DNA from: Octopus sinensis | Taxonomy: Eukaryota | Direction: 5' to 3' | Assembly: GCF_006345805.1 (NCBI RefSeq) | Contig: NC_043021.1 | Location: forward strand, 7,750,001 to 7,814,000 | Length of the DNA stretch: 64,000 nt | Shown here: positions 26,065-40,218 of the stretch, in pieces | Position numbering within the stretch: the first letter of the stretch is position 1 | Layout: each line of letters starts with the position of its first letter | Position numbers and translations under genes: made by a program | Notes under the pieces: model-generated | The model's database searches: none | Told to the model about the DNA's origin: nothing | What the model saw: the letters and a program-made list of their open reading frames with translations, nothing else

Positions 26065-26909
26065 CTGAATAAATAAATCAATGCAGTTTAAAGCATTAAA
26101 TATTAAAACTAAAATTTCAGACTTGTTAGCATGTCAGGCAAAATGTTTAGTGACATTTTGTCTGTCTCAACATTCGCGGTTCGAATTCTGCTGTGGTCAA
26201 CTTTGCCTTTCGTCCCTTCAAGGGCAAGAAAATAATTACCAGTTGTACAACTGTGGCTGGTGTAATCAACTTGTACCCTTCTGGCCATGCTGGAGCACCG
26301 CCTTTAGTTGAGCAAATCGACCCCAGGACTTATTCTTTGTAAGCCTTGTGCTTATTCTATCAGTCTCTTTTGCTGAATCGCTAAGTTACGGGGACGTAAA
26401 TACACCAGCATTGGTTGCCAAACGATGGTGGGGGGGACAAACACAAACACATATACACACACATACATACATATATATATACAATGGGCTTCTTTCTGTT
26501 TCCGTCTACCATATCCACTCACAAGGCTTTGTAACTTAGCGGTTTGGCAAAGAGACCAATAGAATAAGTACTAAGCTTACAAAGAATAAGTCTTAGGGTC
26601 GATGTGCTCGACTAAAAGGCAGTGCTCCAGCATGGCCACAGTCAAATGACTGAAGCAAGTAAAAGAGTCTCAGTTGGTCATGCCTGGGAATCCAGCTGTG
26701 AAGTCTCATAATGGTTGCTTTTGATAGGACCTTATGAAGGAGATATCTGAGGATGCTATCCTCATGAACATCTCAGAAGTAGTGGGTAGAGAAGATGAAT
26801 GGATCAGTGAAAGTACTTCAGAAAAGTAATTCATTTCCTTATGGTGGAATTCAGAGCAGATAAAGCTACAGATAACATTGTGTAACAAATTTTCTTTTTG
26901 TCTTTTTGC

Positions 26910-27205
26910 TTCTATTTAGAAATCAAAGGCACGGCTGCGGGGGTCACTCTGAAAAGCTCTATCTGCGACGATTTCATCTCAATCGAAGGAGAGGGGCTTT
27001 CTCCGTCCGGGTTGCGGATCCGTGGAATAAGCTGCCGGATGAGATAGTGAAGATGCCGACAACTGCTCGGTTCAAAGTCTCTCTTGACCAGAAATGGCCT
27101 GAACTCTTTGCATGAACACCTTCCCTGTACATAACTCCATGTCCCCCTACATGGTCTTGCTTTTTGCTTTTTGAGCCAAAAAATTAACTTAACTTAACTT
27201 AACTT
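26910..27205 (+). mobile_element. CR1/L2-like LINE 3' fragment with (TTAAC)n tail
   Basis: GHSEKLY...AFSVRVADPWNKLPDEIV...FKVSLD motif, then ttaacttaacttaactt. Confidence 0.85.
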
Positions 27206-28034
27206 CTATTCCCTTCAAACTTTGCTTTTCTCACCTGGCCATCAATGTTTTGAAACTGATCAATTTTCCATTACATTTCAGACAGCTTCAACTCTGTGTT
27301 GCTGAAGCAGAAATATTGTTATAGCAAATAGTCTGCTCAGCAGCACAGACTTGCTTGTCAGTTGCTTGACCTTAACCACTTGAGCATGTCCCTTAGTGGC
27401 TGACAATATGTACATCTCTGACCACGAATGAGCAGGAGTGGTGGGGAAGCATCATAGCTATATGTTGAGGGGGATTCTTTAGGGGTTTGAATAAATGTAA
27501 GAAAAGCAAAGTTTAAAGGAAATATTATCCATTTTTCATACTTTGTGAGAGTAAGCAATTAGGAAATAACAGTTGTTACTCAAGGACACTGTGCTACACA
27601 GTGTAATAGCATGTAGAATATTGATCTAAAAATTACTTGGATGGAAAAGAAGTTAAAAGTTGCCTATGGGACTCAAATCCACATCTGCGTTTGAAATGCT
27701 GCATTCATATAATAGCACGTTTGTCATGTTCACTGAAGAGGAGGGTTGGGCAGCCTTTGACTGTTTTGCATCAAAATGGCTTTTTTTTAACACAAAATGC
27801 TTCATGTTATTACTTTTAGCTTTATCAACTTCAAGCTTCATTGCAAACAAAAACCAAAGAGGTTATTTCAGTTCTCTCCAAGTTTCTAAATTTATATAAT
27901 GTAAACATATAAAATTTAGCCAAAATTAGTCCAACTATGGGTTTATCAAACAAACATAAGACCTTGAATTTTACAAGTTCTGAATTAAGTGAAAAAATGT
28001 GTAGTTTGTATTATTTCATATGCATAATAGATGT

Positions 28035-28243
28035 ATGTACGTGAGTGTGTATGTATGTATGTATGATTGTATGTAAGTATGTATGTATGTATGATTGTAT
28101 GTATGTATGTATGTATGATTGTATGTAAGTATGTATGTATGTATGTATGATTGTATGTATGTATGTATATATGTATGTATGTATGTATATATGATTGTAT
28201 GTATGTATGTATGTATGTATGTATATGTATGTATGTATGTATG

Positions 28244-28275
<32 letters not shown>

Positions 28276-28340
28276 ATTGTATGTATGTATGTATTTCTGT
28301 ATGATTGTATGTATGTAAGTATGTATGCATGTATGTATAC
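28035..28340. repeat. (TATG)n microsatellite
   Basis: Direct inspection. Confidence 0.95.
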
Positions 28341-29009
28341 ACACACAATATTCAAAACGTGTGTGTCTATATCTGTATCTAATATTTAAGATTCAAAATC
28401 TCTGTACAAAACGATATTAAAATGAATAATGTAGCTTACACACACACACAATATGGTGGTGCACAAACGTTTTTAAACCAGGAAAGAAGTGATTAGATAT
28501 TTAATTTAAATTTAATTCTTTGAATTAGCTGATGTAACAGAGACGTAATATTACTCTAACAGCAGCTGCGGGTTAACATTGTTGAATGTGAAAAAGGAGA
28601 ATATAGCTAAAGTTGGTTCCATAGGATGTGCGTATATGTACCATTGCTTCTAGTCTTACTTCTATCAGAGAAAAGGCATCTACGATAAAATAATTACATA
28701 AAAATCAATGATGGAAATGTTTTCTTCTCTGAGGAAACACACATACGTACGCTTAAATCTACACTCGTGATATATCTGTCCGGTCTGTACCATACGTATA
28801 ATTATATCAAATAAGTTAATTTTAATTGGAAGAAACTTAATTAATGAAAATTAACAAAACATTTCCATCAATGCATTTATTAAATATTTATTTATAAACA
28901 AGAAAAAAACTGAAAAAACGATGATTTACATTCGCTGGACACTCGTGACCCCGTCCCCCGCATTTCCGTCACTGTATAAAATTAGCCATTTTAATTAATA
29001 TTACATAAA

Positions 29010-29330
29010 GATACACGACGTCATGTGAAATACATTTATTATTATATGCCTTTAAAAAAACAAGACATTCTTTTAATTGATGTCACTGAAATTTTATTGT
29101 GAAATTTCAATGAAGGAGCCTTTGGTTTTATTTTATTTCGTTTATCATTCGTTAAATTTAACACTGCGATTTCAGCAGACGATCCATCTTTACAAACAAA
29201 AGCTGCTGATTGGTTGAAATTTGAAACCAATCTGCCGTTTGATTGGCCAAAATACCGAATGACGTCTTTATAATAGAGATAGTGGTGATATTATTCCAGA
29301 GGCTGAGTGTTCGCCATGTTTGATGGATGG
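29010..29330. promoter_or_regulatory. CpG-rich, probably bidirectional promoter
   Basis: Three CCAAT boxes in both orientations (gctgattggtt, aaccaatc, gattggcc at about 29205-29250), two CRE-like GACGTC sites (about 29018 and 29262), and YY1-like AAGATGG and CGCCATGTT motifs pointing outward. Confidence 0.55.
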
Positions 29331-30056
29331 ATGTTCGAAGCATCCGTCATCTCTAACCCTAACTTTCACTTGTTATAATGTTGTTTTTCGAGGATTGTTT
29401 TCAATATTAGCAACACCAAAAAAACGTCCTTTGGTGTTTTCTCAGTTCTTTCACCCTTCCTACGAAGAATCTATACTTTGCTTCTTTCGTTGATAAAAAT
29501 GTTTTGAGTCGCGACAGTGTAGGGGTTCGTCTCCGAAGCCGACGCACCTTACTTTATCAATGGAACGTAGATGTAAGGTTTAGATTCCTCTTTTTTTTTT
29601 TGCCATATAAAATTAAAATTGCTAACCGTGATGAAATCTCTATTGTTACAAGTAAACTCTAGGGAAAAATAGTGTTAGCGACATTCGTTTTTTCTTTTTT
29701 TTGTTCCGCTACTTCACCGAAATTTACTTATTCTTTTCATTTTTTGCATTATATTTTATTTTCCTATGTTATCTTAGCATCGTTTGCATGTGTTATCCTT
29801 TCATTTTCATGCATGTCCCAAAATTAATGCAAATTTTCATTTTTTTTTAAGGCTGCTTGACACCGAGTAACAAAACGAGATTTGAGTTTCTTTTTATAAC
29901 ATGGCTGTTTTTATGGCCCTTTTACCTTCCTGGTTGACGAGAATTATCCACATAGAATACTTCACTAAAAGACAGTCAAACCTCTTCAGATAGGGTTGTG
30001 GTGTATTAAGCTCGGCGACTCTTTTGAGACAGAGCAACAATTGTTTTTAATCACAC

Positions 30057-30441
30057 ACTAGCAGTATCGCCCGGCCGTTGCTCGGGTTTGTTTCGACCCT
30101 TTAGAATTGGAATTTTTGGAAAATAAAAATTTTGCATTGTAGTTTGTTCTCTTTAAGTGAACATTTTTCTGGTTGAAATACACCGAAAAATGACGACACA
30201 GCAGTCAAAACAATCGTAAAAAATAGGGATTTTCATAGCAAAAAAGCACCTTTTTGATGTAAATAATTTTTGGTCCTAACATGGTCCGATTTGAATTTTT
30301 TCTTCTACGGAAGGAAGAGCAAGACTTCTTCTAACATACTCTCAATTTTGGTCAACTTGCACCGCAGGGTCTCGGAGGAGATAGTGTTAGATGAAAGGTA
30401 CCAAACCTGCCATACACAGACAACTTCAGCTTTATATATAG
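30057..30441 (+). mobile_element. Non-autonomous Helitron-like element
   Basis: 5' ACTAGCAGTATCGCCCGGCCGTTGCTCGGG hairpin-type start and 3' tttatatatag end, recalled as typical of invertebrate non-autonomous Helitrons; no TIR. Confidence 0.5.
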
Positions 30442-31492
30442 CTTTGTGGTCACCGAGGACTAGTTGAGAATTATCCACAGTCAAACCGCTTCGGACAGGG
30501 TTGTGGTGGTATTAAGCTAGACGACTCTTTAGATAGAAAGCAACAATTGTTATTAATCACACATTTATAATTAAGAGGAATTAAATTAATTTAAAATGCC
30601 ACTAATACGATTTTCTTAGTGTCTTAATAGATTAACTGATAAATTGAAACCATTCCCGTATTTGTAAAACTGTCCCTCGAAGTCCCACATTTCATGGGAA
30701 AGGTAAATGCCCCCCCCCCCTTAATTTTAGTATTCACGTGTTTGATACAAGGGAAATAACGAGTGGATGTGTGTATAAAGAATATACGCACTTGTATATG
30801 GATATGTGTGTATAATACATAATTTTATTTTCTCCCTGATTATATATATGATATATGCACTATATTAGACTACCATACATCTCAATTATATACACATATT
30901 ACTGCTTTTCTCTCTTTTCTCTTGGATTAAATGTCATTAAATATATATTTATGAGAGCGTGTGAGTATATTATATATATTGTATAGACGAGTGTGTATAT
31001 ATAATATAAACCGTATAGTGTGTGTGTGTATATATATATATGTTGTACATAGCTTATGTGATTATATATATATATATCAATACACCCACGTTTTTTTTTT
31101 ACTGCATCCCAGAAGTGAAAGTAATTCGTCAATGTATGCGCCACGGAGTACAAAATTCTTGATTAATCTTTATATCGAGAATTTTGTATGGATGCGTGGG
31201 CGAATATAATTCCGGCTGTCCTGTATCTGGAATGTTCGGAAAATCCAATACGGAAAATAAAATATTTAAATTACGTCAAACAATATTTTACGACTCGATG
31301 TGTTTCTGGTGGAATTAAACCACCAGGTTGATACTTGAGGCAGTTGATGGGAAGTGTTGTGGGTTCATATTTAATTTTAAAATAAATTTATAAATTTGAA
31401 TATCCGAATTTACACCTATATTACAAACGCACGAACATATGTATATACGTATTATGTGAGTTGTATATATGTGGCCATAAGTGGTTCTATCC

Positions 31493-31550
<58 letters not shown>

Positions 31551-34500
31551 ACACACACACACAAGCACTTACATATGTATATAATATAGAGAGAGGTATT
31601 TTCTAGAAATCAATGAATCAGAAAAAAACAGACACTTATTGGTTAATTAAGTGGATAGATAAAATAATATAAAATAGAATATTCTCAAGTATACATATAT
31701 GTATATACAGGTACAACATGGATTTTCTGAAGCCTTTGGTTCCAAAGCCATTCCAGATTACTAATTTTTATCAAACCAGGGGTGGTTACACTCTAATTTA
31801 AACAAATATTAAATTACCTTAAATTATTTTATGAAAGACAAGAACCTGTACATAAGTATAAATTATACAAGTTCATTAATAAAGTAGGAGTACTGTGACA
31901 GTTAAGTAGCCTGGCGGACACTGGATGTTTTTATTTCTGATCATAAATTAGTGCGACCTCTGTGTGTGTGTGTAGGTAGGTAAGTTGGTAGGTCTTTTAC
32001 TTGTCTGTCATTTGACTGCGGCCATGCTGGAGCACCACCTTCAAGGGTTTTTTAGTCGCAGAACTCGACCCCAGGACTTATTCTTCGTAAGCCTAGTCGG
32101 TCTGTTTTGCCAAAGCGCTACGGCACATTAAAACACATATATGACAGGCTTCTTCCAGTTTCTTATTTCTTTATTATCCGCAAGGGGCTAAACACTGAGA
32201 GGACAAACAAGGACAGACAAAGGGATTAAGTCGATTACATCGACCCCGAAAGGATGAAAGGCAAAGTCGACCTCGGCGGAATTTGAACTCAGAACGTAAA
32301 GCCAGACGAAATACCGCTAAGCATTTCGCCCGGCGTGCTAACGTTTCTGCCAGCTCGCCGCTTTAGGCTTCTTTCAGTTTCTGTCTACCAAATTCACTCA
32401 CAAGGCTTTTGTCGGTCCGAGGTTATCGTAAAGGACATTTGCCCAAGGTGCCACGCAATGGGACTGAACCCGGAACGATGTGGTTGGGAAACAAGCTTCT
32501 TCCCCCACAGCCATGTCTGGAACAAAACAGGAAATTGGAAATTTTTGGTATTATTTATTTACCATTACATATGTTTCATTTGCCTTTAGGAATTACAAAG
32601 TTTTAAATAGGAGTGGCTGTGTGGTAAGTAGCTTGTTTACCAGTCACATCGTTCCGGGTTCAGTCCCTCTGCGTGGCACCCTGGGCAAGTGTCTTCTACT
32701 ATAGCCTCGGGCCGACCAAAGCCTTGTGAGTGGATTTGGTAGACGGAAACTGAAAGAAGCCCGTCGTATATATGTATATATATGCATGTTTGTGTTTGTC
32801 CCCCTAGCATTGCTTGACAACCGATGCTGGTGTGTTTATGTCCCCGTTACTTAGCGGTTCGGCAAAAGAGACCGATAGAATAAGTACTGGGCTTACAAAA
32901 GAATAAGTCCCGGAGTCGAGTTGCTCGATTAAAGGCGGTGCTCCAGCATGGCCGTAGTCAAATGACTGAAACAAGTAAACGAGACATAGAAGGTATTTCC
33001 AATTAGAAATTTTTGTTAGAGAAATTAGATGATGTGTGTGTGAGACCAGATTAGAAGCACCAAAGAAAACGAATAACACCATCTCTACCAAAAAGAAATC
33101 TTCCCAGGTGTAGTGGAAACAATGGCTAACAGGATAGTGAGATACAACCAACAAGGAGCCTGGGCAAGCTGGGACAGTATACAGCAGAAGAACACTTGGT
33201 CAGATCCTCAGGTGGGCTGACATCCTGTGCATCAGATTTCTTCTTATCGAGGCTGTCTACAATACTTTACTAAGCTTAACCCTTTAGCATTTAAACCGGC
33301 CATATCCAGCCCAAATATTCTACCCGTTTTATGTTCAAATTGGCCAGTCACACCTACCCTACAATGTCATTCTAAAAAAAAAATCACATCTTCAAAATAT
33401 CAGGAGCTATGAGATAATGCATTATTAATTTTTAAAATGGGTGAAGGCGCATGGCTCAGTGGTTAGAGCGTCGAACTTACGATCGTGAGGTTGTGAGTTC
33501 GATTCCCGGACCGGGCTGTGTGTTGTGTTCTTGAAAAAGACACTTTATTTCACGTTGCTCCAGCTGTAGAAATGAGTTGCGACATCACTGGTGCCAAGCT
33601 GTATCGGCCCCTTTGCCTTTCCCTTGGATAACATCAGTGGTGTGAGGAGGGGAGGCCGGTATGCAAAACTGGCCTTCCATAAACAATCTAATCGACATTA
33701 CCTGTATAAGTGTATCACGTGACAAAATGATCGCAGAGCCAGCCTGGGGCTATAGCGGAAAACACTTGCTTAACCGGACGCAGTGGGACCAAACCCTTGA
33801 CCATATAGTCAGGAAGCAAGCTTCTAAATTATACAGGCATAGCTGTGTGGTAAGACGCTTGCTTTGAAACTACATGGTTCTGGGTTCAGTCCCACTGTGT
33901 AGCACCTCAGGTATCTTCTACTACAGCCTCAAGCTGCCCAAAGCCTTGTGAGTGGATTTGGTAGAAACTGAAAGAAGCTCGTATTATATATATATATGTG
34001 TGTGTGTGTGTGTCTTTGTGTCTGTTTGTACCCCCACCACCGCTTGACAACCTGTGTTGGTATGTTTACATCCCTGTAACTTAGCAATTTGGCAAAAGAA
34101 ACCAACTGAATAAGTACCAGGTTTTAAAAAAAGGTACTGAGGAGGATTCATTCAAGGCGGTGCCCCAGCATGGCCGCAATCTAGTGATACAAAAAAGTAA
34201 AAGGTAAAAGCTTGCTTCCCAACCACATGGTTTCAGGTTCAGTCCCACTGCGTGCTACCTTGGGCAAGTGTCTTCTACTATAGCCTTGGGCCAACCAAAG
34301 CCTTGTGAGTGGATTTGGTAGACGGAAACTGAAAGAAGCCCATCGTATATATATATATGTGAGTGTGTGTGTGTCGCCCCACTCTCGCTTGACAACCAAT
34401 GTCGGTGTGTTTACGTCCCCCGTAACTTAGCGGTTCGGCAAAATAGAACGACAGAATAAGTACTAGGCTTACAAAGAATAAGTCCTGATGTTGATTTATT

Positions 34501-36648
34501 TGACTAAAGGCGGTGCTCCAGTTTGGCCAAAGTCAAATGACTGAAACAAGTAAAAGAATATATATACACACACACACACGTTTTTGCGCGCGCGCACAAA
34601 GACACGCACACAGAAGTCATTCCTTTACATTGTCAAAGGGAGATAATCGAGGTTTTAGAACCGATATCTAGCTCGATGTATTCCTTACCAACTTTGTTTT
34701 CGTCCTAGCTCTGTATGACTAGCAGAAGCTGGGGTAGAATTCATCATCTTAAGCGACAGCTGAACCGTCTGTCAAGCTGAATGTCTTTATTAGCGTGCTG
34801 TGGCTCTTCAAGTGAGATAATTTTACCTATGACAAACTGAGATCCTGTCTTTCTGAAAGTGCAATAAAAGGGACACACCCAATGTTCCCAGCAGTTAGAA
34901 TGGATATAGAACTACATGGTTACAAAACAAACGTCTTACCTGCACCATTAGCATCCCCACCCCCTCCCCAAACTGGATAAGAGGTCAAAAGTTCTTGAAA
35001 GAATAAATTATTCTATTATTGAAAATATAACGTTAATGTGAGGTCATTCCCTACACTCTCTTTCTCTTTTACTTGTTTCAGTCATTTGACTGCGGCCATG
35101 CTGGAGCACCACCTTTAATCGGCAACTCGACCCCGGGACTTATTCTTTGTAAGCCCAGTACTTATTTTATCGGTCTCTTTTGCCGAACTGCTAAGTTACG
35201 GGGACGTAAACACACCAGCATCGGTTGTCAAGCAATGCTAGGGGGACAAACACAGACACACACATGCATATATATATATATATATATATACGACGGGCTT
35301 CTTTCAGTTTCCGTCTACCAAATCCACTCACAAGGCTTTGGTCGGTCCGAGGCTATAGTAGAAGACACTTGCCCAAGGTGCCACGCAGTGGGACTGAACC
35401 CGGAACCATGTGGTTGGTAAGCAAGCTACTTACCACACAGCCACTCCTGCGCCTGTAACAAAATTTTGATTTCTCTTTTTGTCTTTGGTCAGTAACTGTT
35501 ATTTCCTATTTGCTGCTGTCTACAAATCAAAGGAGATGATAATTATTCAGACAGATTCAGTGCTGAGTTACTGAAGCAGAAATATCATTATAGCAAATAT
35601 CCTGCTCAGTACCACAGATTTGCTTGTCAGTTGCTTAACCCATAACCACTTGAGCATGTCCCTTAGTGGCTGACAATGTGCATCTCTGATCATGAGCAAG
35701 AGTAGTGGGGGAGCATCATAGCCATGTGTTGAGAGGGATTCTTTGGGGGTTTGAATAAATATAAGAAAAGCAATGTTTGAAGTAAATATGAGCCATTTTT
35801 GATACTTTCTAGAAGTAAGCAAATAAAAAATAAGTTGCTACCGAAGGACAAAAATCATGTTACACAGTGTTATAACTTCATAATAAAGAAATGCTAGAAA
35901 TAGCAGCCAAATCTCCCTCAAACAACACAATACTATTTCATAAAAGTGCACATTTGATAATTTCATCCAAAACATATACTATTCTAAAAGAAAAGATGGT
36001 ATGGAATAGTCTTTGGTTACAAGTCTGACTGCTTTATCAGAGCTGTCTTGGAGCGCATAAGATTAGGCCTAGTTATTTCTGTTTAGCTCCAGGCCAGACA
36101 TGGTTGGGCTGACCTATGCTCAAGTGTGTTCTAGCCATGCCATATTTCATCTTTCTTTTTTATTTTACGCACAGGCTTGGATGCATGGTAAGAAATATGG
36201 TTCCGGGTCATGTCTGATTGCATGGCACCTTGGACAGGGGTCTTCTACTGTAGTGTTGGGCCAACCAAAACCTTGTGAATGAATTTGGTAGATGGAAACT
36301 GAAAGAAGCTTGTCATATATGTATATATACATACATGCATGTGTGTGTGTGTGCCTGCGTAGGTGTCTTTCACTATAGCCCCGAGCTGACCGGAGCTTTG
36401 TGATTGAATTCGGTAGGTGGAAGTTACTGCCGTGTGTGTATATGTGCGTGTAGGTGCTTGTGCCTCTCCGAAAGAGAGAGAGGGATAGGTGCAAGAGTGG
36501 CTGTATGGTAAGAAGCTTGCTTGCCAATCGCATGGTTCCAGGTTCAGTCCTACTGCGTGCCACCTTGGGCAAGTGTCTTCCACTATAGCCTTGGGCCGAC
36601 CAAAGCCTTGCGAGTGGATTTGGTAGATGGAAACTGAATGAAGCCCAT

Positions 36649-36690
<42 letters not shown>

Positions 36691-39600
36691 AGTGTGTGTT
36701 TATGCTTGTGTGTCTGTCCCCTGACCATCGCTTGACAACCGATGTTGGTGTGCTTACATCCCCATAATTACGCGTTTTGGCAAATGAGACCGAGAGAATA
36801 AGTACTAGGCTTACAAAGAATAAGTTCTGGAGTTGATTTGTTCAACTAAAGGCGATGCTCCAGCATGGCTGCAGTCAAATGACTGAAACAAGTAAAAGAA
36901 TATACATACATACACACACATCATCATCATTTAGCATCTGCTTTCCATCCTAGCATGGGTTGGACAGTGCAACTGGGGTCTGGGAAGCCAGAAGGCTGCA
37001 CCAGGCCCAGTCTGATCTGGCAATGTTTCTACAGCTGGATGCCCTTCCTAACGCCAACCACCCCATGAGTGTAGTGGGTGCTTTTTACGTTCCACCGGCA
37101 CAGGTGCCAGATGAAGTTGGCAAATGGCCATGATTGGATTGTGCCTTTTACGTGCCACCGGCATGGGGGCCAGGCAAGGCTGGCAACGGCCACGATCGGA
37201 TGGTGCCTTTTATGTGCCATATATATGAACAGTATAGTCTGTATAAAACATTATCTCAAATAGATAAATGTTTTTGAGTTTTTTAAAGCCAAAATTATAA
37301 GAAATAAAACCAGTCAATAGTTTCAACTTGTATTTCACTAGACCAAAAATGAGACCTCTTCTCCAGGAAATTGTTGGAGATTTAGTTTTGTGATCTGACG
37401 TGTGTGTGTGTGTTCAGGCTGAATTTGAAAGTTTGCATAAAAGATACAATATGCCAACCACTAACCTACACACCTTCTCACGCGTGTGTGTGTGTTTGTA
37501 TGTCTGTGTATGAAAAATCAATCAACATTTTAAATAAATAAATCAATACATAGCATGTGTTAATTTTAAGTTAAGAAAAATTTAAAGACCCAACACAATG
37601 TAATTTATTAAATATTTCCTTTTTATTAACCTTGTTCTGAGAAAACCAAAACAACAAAAAAACAAATTGAATGTCCAGGTTATGTTAACACCACAAACTG
37701 TTGTCAAAATTAGAAAAGAAATAATAAACAAGTAATTACACGTGTTGTTGATTACAGCTTATTGAATTAATTCAACATGTTGTTACATATAATATTTCAG
37801 ATGAAAAGAAAAAAAAAACATTGTTACAATAACAATACTGAGAAATGTTTTTTAATTTTTTTTTATTATACAACTTATCATATGCTAACTCCACAAGGAT
37901 GCTCCAACTTCAGCCTCCGTTTTCGGAAATATTTAAAAATTGGTTTATTATTAAATAATGATATTGTTTTCTTAGGTAGGTACACAATCTAGTATTTTTA
38001 ATAGGGGAATAATATATATATACATATAAAATACTTCTAATATAGGATAAAATTTTTTCAAAAAAAAAAAAATTTCATCAAATTTCATCAAAGTGGCAGC
38101 ATATTAAAATACCTTTAAAGGTGAAAATTATAAACAATTATAAACAAGGGCAAAAGAAAAAAGATTTCTATGCCAATATGCTGAGAATAGACTGATTGAC
38201 GATTTAAAGTCTATTCTCATCATATTGGCATAGGAATCTTTTTTCTTTTGCCCTTGTTTATAATTACATATAAAACACTGTATAAAATTTAAGGCGGTTT
38301 TGTAATCATATTTGCATTAGCAACAATTGAAATCCTGTTTTCATTAAAACCAATTATAAGTCAATAAAAAAAAACCAACAGTTTCGTTCCCATATGTAAT
38401 AATAAAATTTGTAGCCTTAATACTAACAGCGTACACATGGTGCACATGTGGCTGAATGGTAAGAAGTTTGCTTCCCAGCCACATGGCTCTGGGTTCAGTC
38501 CCACTACATGATACCTTGAGCGAGTGTATTCAACAGGTCAATTAAAGCTTTGTAAGTAGATTTGGTTGACAGAAACCAAAAGAAGCCCATTGTGTGTGTG
38601 TGCGCATGTATTTGTCCCCCATCACTGCTTAGCAACTGGTGTGTTTATGTCCTAATTGTTGTAACTAAGGAAATGACATACTAGATAATGTAGTCTTTTG
38701 TGTATCTGTTTGAGCCACAGGAGGATTTTAGTTAATCATATTTATCTCAGTGAGTGCTTTTAAGACTAGTACTCAATCTCAGTGATCTCTATTTGCAGCA
38801 CCGTTAAGTTACAAGCCAGTCAAGTGGTATGCTAACCTAACGGTAGACATGGTGACAGATACATACAATTACATGCAAACACACACACGCACATATATAT
38901 ATACACAAACATGTGATAGGCTTCCACACAGTTTTTGTCGGCTTCAATCACAAAGCATTCTTTGGTTCTTCAGCTCAAGGCTATAGTAGAAAATACTGGC
39001 TCAAGATATCATGCTGTGACACTGAACCCAAGATCAAGTGACTGGTTGCAAAGTAGACTTCTCAACCACACAGCCAGGGCAGGAGTGTCTTTAATCATAA
39101 GTCTGGTTGATGAGGGAGTTGACCCTTTTGAAGCAAGCCTGTTTGAGACTACCCCAGGTTCTATGATATGAACTTCATGTTTTGAATTAAACCTCCCATC
39201 ATGTTAAGTTATGTCTCAAATACCAGCTTAATAATGACTAGATTATTTCACTAATTTCTTAATTCTGTTAAAAAGTAATTAAAACTGTATTTCCACAGAA
39301 ATATGATTACAAAAATGTTAAACAATAATGAAGGGAAAATAAAGTTAACACCACTCTCTACTTATTCTTGAAACATTATGTTTCATTTGAAATATTTCTC
39401 CTAGATTTTTGATTGAAATAAATTCGACGGTGGAGATTTAGTAAGTGGAGCATCTTTGACGGGAATTAGCAAATGGAAGTTTCGGTTAAGAAGAGTGTTG
39501 AGAATAAACTGGGTAAAATAAATATGATACAAAATTTATATTGCACTTTTTCCGAGCCTGCATATAATATACACAATAAATATTGAAGAATAAATTACAA

Positions 39601-39968
39601 ATTGCACAACAAATGAATTATTGAAAATAAATATTTAAATAAATACCCATAGAGAAGCAGAGTCATGTGAAAAGAAAACAGAGAAATAACGAGAAACCTT
39701 CTCAAATTAGAAATACCAGAGTTATTGCCCCTGCAAGCTATATAGTGTCATAATACTTAACCAAAAACTAGTAAAGGAACTAAGCAAACCAAGGTGTTTA
39801 ATACTCGAGGTTCTGCGGCGGACAATCCCAGAAGGATTGGCTTGCTTTGTTGCTGTATATATATTTTTTTATGACTAGAATATTTTTCTTTCTCCACCTC
39901 TTTTTTTTTTTTTTTTTTTTGAATATATATGTATTAGGCAATGAATACAAAAAACAAGACAACACGGG

Positions 39969-40218
39969 GGTACTACTAGCGAACAGTGGTCCCGGTGCGC
40001 GCACTCGCGTACACGCGCAAGCTAGACGTGACTAGTCGATCCTTACTTTGTGTTTTTCTGTGTTATTTACTTTGTTTAAAAAAATTATTTACTTTGTGTT
40101 TTTGAGTTTTATTTACTTTGCTAGGTAGTTGTTGTAGGATCGACTAGTCACGGCTAGCTAGCGCGGATGCGCGACTACGCGAGTGCGCGCACCGGGACCA
40201 CTGTTCGCTAGTAGTACC
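39969..40218. mobile_element. Mutator-like (MULE) MITE, 250 bp, long GC-rich TIRs and 9-bp TSD
   Basis: Perfect 43-bp outer TIR GGTACTACTAGCGAACAGTGGTCCCGGTGCGCGCACTCGCGTA plus a perfect inner 17-bp pair; CAACACGGG duplicated at 39960-39968 and 40219-40227. Confidence 0.85.

Noticed and set aside
28930-28989. AAAATGGCT as start codon of the minus-strand gene
   Set aside because: The frame stops after six codons (MANFIQ*).
31807-31850. Strongly bounded 28-nt minus-strand exon-like segment
   Set aside because: All three frames are closed; it shows such splice signals arise by chance here, so exon confidences were kept low.
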